Positions 7,650-16,399 of a stretch of DNA of 19,626 nucleotides are shown in pieces; position 1 is the first letter of the stretch, and every line of letters starts with the position of its first letter. The notes under the pieces are model-generated. The model was not told where the DNA came from, ran no database searches, and saw only the letters and a program-made list of their open reading frames with translations. Origin of the DNA: Candidatus Fraserbacteria bacterium (GTDB taxonomy: Bacteria; Bipolaricaulota; Bipolaricaulia; RBG-16-55-9; JANLFV01); the NCBI GenBank assembly GCA_037446135.1, contig JBBIJD010000006.1, positions 25,977-45,602 of the forward strand. The letters run 5' to 3'. The translations under genes were made by a program, and so were the position numbers.

Positions 7650-8330
7650 ATGGGAAGGCTAAGGCGGGCAGGGGTGGATCTGCGGTTCCTGACAGGGATG
7701 CTCATCTTCGGCTCAATCTGGGGTGCACTGGAGGCGACCCTCGGCGCGGGCCTGATCGCTCTGCATCTCCCGCGGTTCGGGGCGATCATGGCCAACATCG
7801 GCTTCATTCTTATGGCCGCGGCCGTTGCCATCTACAAGAGGCCGGGGCTCCCGCTGGGGATGGGGTTGATCGCCGCCTCATTCAAGCTCATCGATGCCGC
7901 CGCTTTGGGGGTCTCGCCCCTCACCCAAATGATCCTCAATCCGATGATCGCGATCGTGATGGAGGCCCTGGGCTTCACCCTGGCGGTGGCACCGCTCTGG
8001 AAATGGTATCCCCGGAGGCTCTCAGCCCAGGCCGGGGCCGGGGCTTTAGGGATGGCCATCTATTACATCGGTGTCAGCGCCGTCTACCTCTACATCTTGC
8101 GGCGGGGACGAAGCGAGCTGCTGGAAGAGGGCTTCCTGGCATATATCTTAGACCACGGCGGGTTCGCCGCCGCAATCGCCCTCTTCTCCAGTCCACTGGG
8201 ATATCGTCTCGGGCGGCTCGTCCGCCGGGGGGCGGAACGGCTCGCCAAGGCCCATCCCAGGCTCATCTACGGCGGAGCGGTCGGCCTGCTCCTCCTCTGT
8301 TGGGCCGCGGTCGTCTGGAGGTTCTTCTAG
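7650..8330 (+). CDS. Polytopic membrane protein, ECF S-component-like
   Basis: About 6 hydrophobic helices in 226 aa; FGSIWGALEATLG..P..G.IM and G....G.IAA..K pattern; strong AAGGAGGTGA RBS. Confidence 0.55.
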   Translation: MGRLRRAGVDLRFLTGMLIFGSIWGALEATLGAGLIALHLPRFGAIMANIGFILMAAAVAIYKRPGLPLGMGLIAASFKLIDAAALGVSPLTQMILNPMIAIVMEALGFTLAVAPLWKWYPRRLSAQAGAGALGMAIYYIGVSAVYLYILRRGRSELLEEGFLAYILDHGGFAAAIALFSSPLGYRLGRLVRRGAERLAKAHPRLIYGGAVGLLLLCWAAVVWRFF

Positions 8331-8389
8331 AGCCAAGGCCCGAGGCTGGCCCGCGTCGCCGATTTGGTCCGGGAACGGTGGGGATAAGG

Positions 8390-9553
8390 ATGAGTAAGGC
8401 GGCATGGGCGGTGCAAGAGGCTGACCTGAGGGTCTTCTGGGCCTCCAGGTTAGCGGCGCGGGAATATAAAGCTACCGATGGGAAGGCAGTGATAGTCAAA
8501 TTCCCCGGCTTCGAGAACGAGGAGGCCGGCCCGGACTTCATAAATGCGCTCATCGAGATCGATGGCCTCGAAAGCCAGGGTGACATCGAGCTCCACCGCT
8601 TCGAGAGCGATTGGCAGGCCCACGGCCATCCCCAGGAAGAGGGATATCGAAATGTCATCCTCCATGTCGTCCTCCAGGCCGATGGGCCTCAGGCCGAAAC
8701 GATCGCTGGAAGGCGGGTCATTACCATCTCTCTTGCCCGAAACCTCAGCGAACTCCTCCCCTCACTTGTGGAGGCCGCGAGGGCTTTTCAGGAGAAGGCC
8801 CTCCCCTGCCCTGCGATCCCGTCACTCGAGCTCGAGGGGCTAAGCGGCATCTTAATGGAGCTCGGAAGGGGGCGCCTCAAAAGGAAGGCCACAAGATTTA
8901 AGAGGATGCTTGGTGAGCATGGCGACCTCGACCAATTGATCTATGAGGGACTCGCCGAGGCCCTCGGCTACCCCAGGAATAAGGGGCCGATGGCCGAGCT
9001 GGCCCGCTCGATCCCGTTCTCCCGGGCTCGGGGTGAGCCGGAATTGACGAAGCTGACGGATCTGCTTATCTCCGAAGCTAGGAGGGTCCCGGGCTGGAGC
9101 AGCCAGGGGATGAGACCGGCGAACCTCCCCCTCCCGCGGATCAGGGGGTTGGCCTCATTGATCTTTAAGTTCAGAGAGGAGGGGTTCGCGAAGCCCTTGC
9201 TCGCGAGCTTTGATCAGCCCCAAAGGGCCCATTCGCTCTTGCCCCAGCTATTCGCTGTTAAGGGCCTAGTCGGGCCCGGGCGGGGGAAGGTCATCGCCAT
9301 CAATGTGGCCCTCCCGGTAGCCCTTCTCGCTCTCCCCCAACGGGGGCCGGAGCTCGTCGAGGTCTGGGAGGCCCTCCCACCGGAGCCGATGAATAAAGTC
9401 CTGAAGAGGATGAAGAGGAGACTCCTCGATCACCTTGAAGGGGGAGAGAAGTTGCTCAGGAAGGCCCACCTCCAGCAGGGCCTCATCGAGCTCTATCAGC
9501 GGTATTGCTCCCTCACGTTATGCGAAAAGTGTCCAGTAGGGAGAGGAGCATGA
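8390..9553 (+). CDS. DUF2851 family protein
   Basis: PG..N..AGPDF..A.I...GDIELH...SDW..HGH....Y.NVILHVV, LGY..NK, RPANLP, QQGLIELY..YC....C..C; start placed at ATG 8390. Confidence 0.8.
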   Translation: MSKAAWAVQEADLRVFWASRLAAREYKATDGKAVIVKFPGFENEEAGPDFINALIEIDGLESQGDIELHRFESDWQAHGHPQEEGYRNVILHVVLQADGPQAETIAGRRVITISLARNLSELLPSLVEAARAFQEKALPCPAIPSLELEGLSGILMELGRGRLKRKATRFKRMLGEHGDLDQLIYEGLAEALGYPRNKGPMAELARSIPFSRARGEPELTKLTDLLISEARRVPGWSSQGMRPANLPLPRIRGLASLIFKFREEGFAKPLLASFDQPQRAHSLLPQLFAVKGLVGPGRGKVIAINVALPVALLALPQRGPELVEVWEALPPEPMNKVLKRMKRRLLDHLEGGEKLLRKAHLQQGLIELYQRYCSLTLCEKCPVGRGA

Positions 9554-9569
9554 GCTCCATGAGTAGTCC

Positions 9570-9746
9570 TTACTCGAGGATCCTCAGGGTATCGTCCTTC
9601 TCTCGCCACTCGAATCGCTTGACTCCCTCGAGCTTCAGTTCCTCCTCGAAGAGCCTCCTCAGGATCAGCTTCCCCTCCTCATAGCGGAACTCGATCACCC
9701 CTTCAGCCAGCTTCTTCTCACCCTTCAGGACTGTGATCTCGCACAT
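9570..9746 (-). CDS. cooT: CooT family nickel-binding chaperone (58 aa, missing from the ORF track)
   Basis: MCEITVLKGEKKLAEGVIEFRYEEGKLILRRLFEEELKLEGVKRFEWREKDDTLRILE*: N-terminal Met-Cys, LF.EE motif, size and position downstream of cooS. Confidence 0.82.
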   Translation of the reverse strand: MCEITVLKGEKKLAEGVIEFRYEEGKLILRRLFEEELKLEGVKRFEWREKDDTLRILE

Positions 9747-9790
9747 CGCTTTCCCCTCAACCTCCCTTCAGCCTGAAAGGCTGGGCCAGA

Positions 9791-9964
9791 TCAGATCGAG
9801 AGGCCCATCCCTCTCTTCCGGTCCATTGCCCTCTTCTCTCTGGCCTGGAGCTTAGGCTGGAGCACCTCTAAGATGAACTTGAGCGCTTCATCCCTGTCCC
9901 GGTCGATGATGATCTCCTCGAGGCGCAGGGCCTCCTCAGCGCTCAAGCTGAGGGTGAGAGCCAT
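9791..9964 (-). CDS. Small hypothetical protein (57 aa) in the CODH/ACS operon
   Basis: MALTLSLSAEEALRLEEIIIDRDRDEALKFILEVLQPKL...; GGAG RBS upstream, host-like codon usage, fills the gap between cooS and cooT. Confidence 0.7.
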   Translation of the reverse strand: MALTLSLSAEEALRLEEIIIDRDRDEALKFILEVLQPKLQAREKRAMDRKRGMGLSI

Positions 9965-9980
9965 TCCGGCTGGGCTCCCT

Positions 9981-11876
9981 TCAGGCATACATCACCTCCC
10001 TCAGCTTGAGCGCCTCGCGCTTTCTGTCGATGTGCTCGATCATCAGATGGGCGGCCTTGATCGGGTCTTGCTCGAAGGCGAACTTCCCCCCGACTGTCTC
10101 CTCCAGCTCCTCGGTGAGGAGCTTAGTGAGCCTCTTCGAGCCGTAGACGGGGAAGGGGAAGCCCAGGACGGTGAAGACCCCGGAGGCCACGAAGTAGAAC
10201 CCGATCGCCACGGCTTTTTCGCTCATCCATTCCGGCGCGGCCCCGGCGACCGGTAAGTCCGCGATGTCCTCACCGAGGCCCCCCTCATTCACCATGTGGG
10301 TGAGGGTCATCAAGATCCTGGAATTATCGACACAGGAGCCGACATGGAGGACCGGGGGGATCCCCACGGCCTCGCAGATCTCTTGTAGACCCTTCCCGGC
10401 CAGCTCGAAGGCCACCTCCGGGCGGAGCAGGCCATGCTTGGCATCCGCGATCGCCGAGCAGCCGGTCGTGACCACCAGGACATCATGCTTGATCAACTCC
10501 TTGGCCATCTCCACATGGGCCCAGTCTTGGGTGATCTTCGGATTGTTACAGCCGACGATCCCCGCCGCGCCGCGCAAGCGGCCGTCGATGATCGCGTCAT
10601 TCAGCGGCCTATAGGTCGCCCGATAGGTTCCTCCCAAGAAGGTGAAGACTGACTCGGCGGTGAACCCCGCGATGAGGTCCATCGTCTCCTTGGGGATGAA
10701 CGGCTTCCCGGAGCGCCTGGAGAAGTTCTCCACCCCGAGGCGGACGATCTCCTTGGCGATCTCCAGGGCGTGCTCCTCGGAGAACTCGATGTGCTCGACC
10801 CCGGGGAATTTCGCTTTGGGCGAGGTGGTGACGAGCTTAGTGTGGAAATGCTTGACCAGGTCGGAGAGGGAAGGCATGATGCACTGGACATCGACCATCA
10901 AGAGGTCGACCGCGCCGGTCATGACCGCCAGCTCCTGCTGGAGGAAGTTCCCCGCGATCGGGATCCCATGGCGCATCAGGATCTCGTTGGCCGTGCAGCA
11001 GATCCCGGCGATGTTGATCCCCTTCGCGCCCTTCTGCTCCGCTAGCTTCAGCAGTTCCGGATCGCGGGCTGCGGCGACCACTACCTCCGAGAGGGTCGGC
11101 TCGTGGCCGTGGACGACGATGTTCACTTTATCCTCCTCCAGGACCCCCAGGTTCACCCGAGCCCGGAGCGGCTCAGGTGTCCCGAAGAGGATGTCCTGGA
11201 GCTCGGTGGCGATCATCGATCCGCCCCAGCCGTCGGCCAGGGCGCACCTCAAGCCCTGCTGGATGATGTTCCGGTAGTCGGTGTCCACGCCCATGGTCGT
11301 CCGGTGCATGATCTCGACGACCTCGCGGTCGATCCCTCGCGGGATGAGCCCCAGCTCGCGCCAGCGCTCGACCCGCTTCTTCGGGGCCCGGAGGGCCAGC
11401 TCGAGCTCCCCCTCCTGCTGGCCGAAGTTCGCTAAGGCCCGCTCGGCCAAGGCACGGGCGATCTCAAGGTCGCTCGCCCCGTCCAGCCCGATCCCGTAGG
11501 CTCGGGCCACCTCGCGGAGCTTGACTGGGTCCTTGATCCGGTAGTCGCTCTCACCCGAGGCCGCGAGGAGGAGCGCATGGGCCACATCCCGGCCGTGATC
11601 AGAGTGGGCCGCCGCCCCGGCGGCGATCATCCTCGCCAAATTCCTAGCGGCGATCGTGTCCGCATCGGCCCCGCAGATTCCGCGCTCTGGCCCTCTAGCG
11701 AAGGGGTCGATCCGACAAGGCCCCATATTGCAGATCCGGCAACAGAGCCCGAGCTGGCCGAAGCCACATTGCGGTTGCTGGAGCTCCAAGCGGTCCCAGG
11801 CCGTCTCGAGGCGAGCCTCTTCGGCCCGCTTCAGCATCTCCTGTGAGGCGCGATCGATGCTCTTCCCCTTTGCCAT
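9981..11876 (-). CDS. cooS: Anaerobic Ni,Fe carbon-monoxide dehydrogenase catalytic subunit (CooS/AcsA)
   Basis: CGFG..G.CCRICNMGPC, GICGA, HSDH, HGHEP, ICCTANE, DVQC, GCNN, TGC, GSCVDN, EKA: B/C/D-cluster ligand motifs all present. Confidence 0.97.
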   Translation of the reverse strand: MAKGKSIDRASQEMLKRAEEARLETAWDRLELQQPQCGFGQLGLCCRICNMGPCRIDPFARGPERGICGADADTIAARNLARMIAAGAAAHSDHGRDVAHALLLAASGESDYRIKDPVKLREVARAYGIGLDGASDLEIARALAERALANFGQQEGELELALRAPKKRVERWRELGLIPRGIDREVVEIMHRTTMGVDTDYRNIIQQGLRCALADGWGGSMIATELQDILFGTPEPLRARVNLGVLEEDKVNIVVHGHEPTLSEVVVAAARDPELLKLAEQKGAKGINIAGICCTANEILMRHGIPIAGNFLQQELAVMTGAVDLLMVDVQCIMPSLSDLVKHFHTKLVTTSPKAKFPGVEHIEFSEEHALEIAKEIVRLGVENFSRRSGKPFIPKETMDLIAGFTAESVFTFLGGTYRATYRPLNDAIIDGRLRGAAGIVGCNNPKITQDWAHVEMAKELIKHDVLVVTTGCSAIADAKHGLLRPEVAFELAGKGLQEICEAVGIPPVLHVGSCVDNSRILMTLTHMVNEGGLGEDIADLPVAGAAPEWMSEKAVAIGFYFVASGVFTVLGFPFPVYGSKRLTKLLTEELEETVGGKFAFEQDPIKAAHLMIEHIDRKREALKLREVMYA

Positions 11877-12694
11877 TATGGTCTCCTTTCTAAATTTAGG
11901 CGTGCTGCCCTCATCTTGAAGGCCTGAAGATAAGAGTCGCTATAGATCTCCTTATTCAGGATCAATTCGGCCGTGGCGATCGCGTTAATCAGCTCATCAT
12001 CCAGGACATTGCAGACCGCCGCATCGAGCCCGAAGGCCATGGCCATCACCAGGAAGGTCCGGGTGATCAGGCTCCGCTCAGCGGCCTTGGAGCAGATATT
12101 ACTCAATCCCACGGAGATGTGGGGCGGAGGATCGGAGAGCATCGTATACTGCTGGATCGTCTCGAGGACATTCTTCGCCTGGGCCTGCATGAACTTTATG
12201 GGCATGAGGATCGGGTCGAGGAAGATCCGCTCCGGTGTGAGGCCGGCCTCGATCGCCGCGGCGAAGATCTTCGCCCCGTTCTCGACTCTGCGAGCCACAT
12301 CCTGTGGGCTCCCCCGCTCGTCCATCGCCACCCCGATCAGGCTGGCGTTATACTCCACCGCCAGTGGGAGCAACTGCTCTAACTTCCGGTCGTCGGCGGT
12401 GGTGGAGTTGATCAGGACCGGCCGGCCATCGAGGGCCTTCAAGCCACCTTTGATGACCTCGACGGTCGTGCTATCGACGGAGATCGGGGTCGGAACGGCC
12501 TCCTGGACCGTCTCGACCAGCCAGGCCATGTCCTCGGGCTTCTTCGAGACCGCTCCGATGTTCACATCGAGGTAATCGGCCCCGGCCGCGGCCTGCCTCC
12601 TTGCCCACTCCTGGACCGGCCTCTTATCCTTCTCGAGGACCGCCTGCTTGATGTCCCTGAAGCTCGCATTGATCCGCTCACCGATGAGGATCAT
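11876..12694 (-). CDS. acsE: Methyl-THF:corrinoid iron-sulfur protein methyltransferase
   Basis: MILIGERIN, GADYLDVN, SVDST, LINS, FLDP, VGLSN pterin-binding barrel; operon context. Confidence 0.93.
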   Translation of the reverse strand: MILIGERINASFRDIKQAVLEKDKRPVQEWARRQAAAGADYLDVNIGAVSKKPEDMAWLVETVQEAVPTPISVDSTTVEVIKGGLKALDGRPVLINSTTADDRKLEQLLPLAVEYNASLIGVAMDERGSPQDVARRVENGAKIFAAAIEAGLTPERIFLDPILMPIKFMQAQAKNVLETIQQYTMLSDPPPHISVGLSNICSKAAERSLITRTFLVMAMAFGLDAAVCNVLDDELINAIATAELILNKEIYSDSYLQAFKMRAARLNLERRP

Positions 12695-13680
12695 TGGCCC
12701 TCACCTCCCATCCTGTCCAGCCCCATCAGCCGCCTGATCGCCTCTTTGGTCGCACGGACCGCCTCGGGATGGCGCATGATCAGGATATCGGCCCCCGCGA
12801 GAAGATAGACATAAGCGGTCGTGGCCTCCCAAAGTGGTCCGCGCTTCCGGGGATCACCCCACTCGGGGAGCTCGGCCTTCGCTTCCTTCACCCCCCAGAC
12901 CTCGATCCCGATGTCACAGAGGATCGGCATCGCCATAGCCTTATCCCCTTTCAAGCCGGCGATCCGGGTCCGCTCCATGATCGAGTAGACATACTCGATC
13001 CCGTAGCCTAAGGCCCCGGAGGAGGGGAAGATCACGATATCCTCGAGCTTGAAACCGGCATCGAAGGCCAGGATGTTCACCTGCTTGGCGATATTGATGT
13101 CCACGGGGGACTCGGCGATCAGCTTGTGCTTGTAAGCGGTGCAGAGGGCCGTGAGGGTCTTGTAATTGTCCTCGGTGATCGTCCCGAGGAGGCAGTTCTC
13201 CCCAGCCACGGCCTCGGCCACCAGTGGGAAGACCTCGTTGTCTTTCTCATCGTTCCCGCAGCCCCAGATGATCAGTGGGACCCCGACCGATTCGAGGACC
13301 CGCCTGGCCGCCTTTGCTGCCTCCTCAGGGGACTTGTTCGCCCCGTTGGGATCACACCCCTTCAAGCGGAGACAGATGAGGTCAGCACCATACTCGACGC
13401 ACCTCTTGGCCCACTCACCGGGATCGTGCATCACCTCAGCGAAGGGCTCCTTCACGGCCTCAGGCCAGTCCTCGCCGGGGATATCCCAGACCTCCATCGC
13501 CACGACCGGCGGGTGAGGGATCTTCCCCTCGAAGTGGTAGAATGGGAGGGTCGTCTCCCCACCGACGGTGACGGTCGAGGTCCGAGTCCCGCCCTCTTCT
13601 TTTGTGGCCCCGATCTTGATGGTATTGATCGGGTTCGGCCATTGCTGCTTCACCTCAGGGATCTGGATCTTAACCTCCAT
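12691..13680 (-). CDS. acsD: Corrinoid iron-sulfur protein small subunit (delta)
   Basis: VGGETTLPFYHFEG, AMEVWD, SPVDINIAKQ, ALGYGIEYVYSIMER, WEATTA, AGADILIMRHP. Confidence 0.95.
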   Translation of the reverse strand: MEVKIQIPEVKQQWPNPINTIKIGATKEEGGTRTSTVTVGGETTLPFYHFEGKIPHPPVVAMEVWDIPGEDWPEAVKEPFAEVMHDPGEWAKRCVEYGADLICLRLKGCDPNGANKSPEEAAKAARRVLESVGVPLIIWGCGNDEKDNEVFPLVAEAVAGENCLLGTITEDNYKTLTALCTAYKHKLIAESPVDINIAKQVNILAFDAGFKLEDIVIFPSSGALGYGIEYVYSIMERTRIAGLKGDKAMAMPILCDIGIEVWGVKEAKAELPEWGDPRKRGPLWEATTAYVYLLAGADILIMRHPEAVRATKEAIRRLMGLDRMGGEGQ

Positions 13681-13681
13681 C

Positions 13682-14458
13682 TTAACCCAACCTCCTATCT
13701 ATTGTGGGCAGTATCCGGGCCAGCGCCCTCTTCGCGGGTGAGTCCGGCGGGAGGGCCGAGAGTGGTCGGCCTGCGAGCGCGATCCGGAAGAGATCCTCAT
13801 CGTGGGGGATCCGGCCGAGCAGAGGGAGCTCAACTCGGGCGAGCTCCTCCTCCAGGGCCGGGGAGAGCTCGCTCTCACCGGCCAGGTCATTTATCAGGAG
13901 ATACCGCTCCTTCACGCGCAGCTTGAGCTTCTCCGCCAGCTCACTGATCCGCTTGGCTGAGCGGATCGAGATCGGATCGGCCTTGGCCACGATGAGCAGG
14001 GCATCGACATCCTGGGTCGTCCGGCGGGAGAGGTGCTCCATCCCCGCCTCGTTGTCGATCACCACATACCTATAATTCCCTCGGAGCACCTCGATATATT
14101 TCCGCAGGATGTGATTGACCATGCAATAGCACTTCGGCCCCTCGCCGTGGCCCATGGCCAGGAGATCGACCCCTTCGTCCTCCACCAGGCACTCTTGGAG
14201 CCCGAGCTCGAGATACTGCTCCTTGGGGAGGCCCGCGGGTAGGTCGGCGATCCGCTCGAGTGTCTCCTCGCGGAGCTCGCCGACCGTCCGCAAGACCTTG
14301 AGCCCGAGGAGCTCGTTTAGGTTCGTATTGGGGTCGGCATCGACGGCCAGGATCGGCCCGGCCCGCCACTCCCTAAGGAGGAAGATCGAGAGGGCCGCGA
14401 GGGTCGTCTTCCCCGTCCCGCCCTTCCCCGCCAAGGCGATCGTGAAAGCCATGGCCAT
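13682..14458 (-). CDS. cooC: Ni-insertion ATPase CooC/AcsF
   Basis: GKGGTGKTT deviant Walker A, VDADPN.NL, GPKCYC (CxC Ni site), DNEAGMEHLSR. Confidence 0.93.
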   Translation of the reverse strand: MAMAFTIALAGKGGTGKTTLAALSIFLLREWRAGPILAVDADPNTNLNELLGLKVLRTVGELREETLERIADLPAGLPKEQYLELGLQECLVEDEGVDLLAMGHGEGPKCYCMVNHILRKYIEVLRGNYRYVVIDNEAGMEHLSRRTTQDVDALLIVAKADPISIRSAKRISELAEKLKLRVKERYLLINDLAGESELSPALEEELARVELPLLGRIPHDEDLFRIALAGRPLSALPPDSPAKRALARILPTIDRRLG

Positions 14459-14464
14459 CGCTAG

Positions 14465-16399
14465 CTAGACTCGCGCCTCCAGCCCCAGTCGTCTCGTCAC
14501 CGTGGGGAAGAGCGAGAGATCCGTATGAGGGAGGAACTTAGCTGAGATGAACTCATCGTAGTAGAATGGGTAAGTAATGAGGTCATAGTATGTAACGGCC
14601 TTGGAGATCTCTTGGGCTCGCTCATAGGCCTCCTCCGAGAGGAGGGCCATCTTGGCCCCGATGATCGAGGTATTCCCCACGAACCTGATCCGCTCCAGGG
14701 GGATGTCCGGGATCAGGCCGAGCATGATCGCCTTCTCCCGGTCGAGGTAGTTCCCGAACCCGCCGGCGATGAGGAGCTGCTCGATGTCCTTGAAATCGAG
14801 GCCCATCGCCTTGAGGAGGATCTTCGCCCCGGCGTAGATCGCGGCCTTGGCCCGGAGGAGGTTCTCGATATCCGGCTGGGTGAGGACGATCTCCTTCCCG
14901 GTCTCAGTCCGGCTCCCTGGGACGAGGACGAACTCGAGTTGGCCGTCCTGCTCCCGGATCCGAGAGGAGCTCCCAGGGATGAGCCGCCCCGAGCGGTCGA
15001 TGTATCCGGCCGCGAACAAGCCCGCGACCGCATCGATCAGCCCGGAGCCGCAGAGCCCCTTGGGCTTGGCATCCCCGATGGTCTTGTAGCGGAGGTAGCC
15101 ATCGGATGAGAGCTCGACCCGCTCGATCGCCCCTCGGCTGGCCTTCATCCCGCACTTTACCCCGCTCCCCTCGAAGGCCGGCCCGGCGGAGGTGGAGCAG
15201 GTGAGGAGCCAATCACGGTTCCCCAGGACGATCTCACCGTTAGTCCCGATGTCGATGAACATCGTCAGTTGCTTTGTCTGGTAGAGGCCGGTGGCCAAGA
15301 TCCCTGCGGTGGTGTCCCCGCCGACCCAACTCCCGATGATCGGCATGGTATAGAGGAGCCCGCGGGGATTGATCTTGATCCCCACCTCTGCGGCCCGGAC
15401 CGGCGGAGGGGCCGAGGCGGCCGGGATATAGGGGCTCTTCCGGATCCTCGTGGGGTCCAGCCCTAAGAGGAAGTGGAGCATCGTCGTATTCCCGGCGCAG
15501 CAGAGGGCGGTCACATCGTTGAGCTCGGCCCGGTTTCGGGAGATGAGGGCCGAGATCAAGTTATTGATATCCCCGACGATTGCCTCGTTGAGGGGCTTCA
15601 GCCCCTCCCTCTCAGCATAGATGATCCTCCTTGTCACCTCCTCCCCGAAGGGCATCTGGGAGTTGTAGCACGCCTCGGCATCGATCGTCCTAGAAGTGGC
15701 AAGATCGACGAGATGGGCCACGACGGTCGAGGTCCCGACATCGACGGCTAAGCCGAAGTTCTGGCCGGCCCGATCTCCCGGCTCGACCTGGATCAGCTCG
15801 ATCGTCCCGCCCCGCCGCCCCAAGGTCACGGTCACCTTCCAGTTGCTCTTCCGGAGGAGCTTGGGGAGCCCCTGGAGGACCTTCAGGCCGGTCTGCATCG
15901 GTAGGTCCGGCCCGAGATCGAGATACCGTCGGACCTCGCGATAGAGCCGCTCCTGATCGGCGAGGTTGTCCTGGAGGGTCGGGGGCGGAAGCTCGAGGTA
16001 GAGCTTCTTCACTAAGGGATCATGGCGGAAGAGGGCCTGCTCCTCCGAGGCGGCATAAAGGGCCCGGAACCGCTGGGCATCCTCATCGATGAGGATCTGA
16101 GCCCCCTCGGCCCGCGACTCCGGTGGGATGAGGACCTCCACATCATCCCCGAGGGCCTTGGTCTGGCAGGCGAGGGTATAGCCTCGCTGGACCTCCTCCC
16201 GGGTGAGGAGCGTCGTTGGGGCGGCCTCGACCTCTCCGCCCTTGATGATCACCCGGCAGCGGCCGCAGATCCCGTCCCCACCGCAGATCGAGGCGATGAA
16301 GATCCCCGCCTCCTTGGCGATCTCCAGGAGGGACTTCCCGCGCTCGGCCTCGACTACCTCGCCACTGGGGTAGAAGGTGACCTTGACCTTCTTCATCAT
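14465..16399 (-). CDS. acsV: Reductive activator of corrinoid protein (RACo/AcsV, ASKHA ATPase with N-terminal 2Fe-2S)
   Basis: CGGDGICGRC...LACQ ferredoxin; DVGTSTV, AGNTTM, VGGD, DIGTNGE, SAGPAFEG, GLCGSG, AGGFG, FLPHTD. Confidence 0.92.
   Translation of the reverse strand: MMKKVKVTFYPSGEVVEAERGKSLLEIAKEAGIFIASICGGDGICGRCRVIIKGGEVEAAPTTLLTREEVQRGYTLACQTKALGDDVEVLIPPESRAEGAQILIDEDAQRFRALYAASEEQALFRHDPLVKKLYLELPPPTLQDNLADQERLYREVRRYLDLGPDLPMQTGLKVLQGLPKLLRKSNWKVTVTLGRRGGTIELIQVEPGDRAGQNFGLAVDVGTSTVVAHLVDLATSRTIDAEACYNSQMPFGEEVTRRIIYAEREGLKPLNEAIVGDINNLISALISRNRAELNDVTALCCAGNTTMLHFLLGLDPTRIRKSPYIPAASAPPPVRAAEVGIKINPRGLLYTMPIIGSWVGGDTTAGILATGLYQTKQLTMFIDIGTNGEIVLGNRDWLLTCSTSAGPAFEGSGVKCGMKASRGAIERVELSSDGYLRYKTIGDAKPKGLCGSGLIDAVAGLFAAGYIDRSGRLIPGSSSRIREQDGQLEFVLVPGSRTETGKEIVLTQPDIENLLRAKAAIYAGAKILLKAMGLDFKDIEQLLIAGGFGNYLDREKAIMLGLIPDIPLERIRFVGNTSIIGAKMALLSEEAYERAQEISKAVTYYDLITYPFYYDEFISAKFLPHTDLSLFPTVTRRLGLEARV

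Noticed and set aside
8003..8389. N-terminal extension of the DUF2851 ORF
   Set aside because: It overlaps the membrane-protein gene and gives Arg/Gly/Pro-rich off-frame sequence; family motifs start after ATG 8390.
9769..9783. Hairpin as an intrinsic terminator
   Set aside because: No U-tract on either strand, and it lies inside an apparent operon upstream of cooT.
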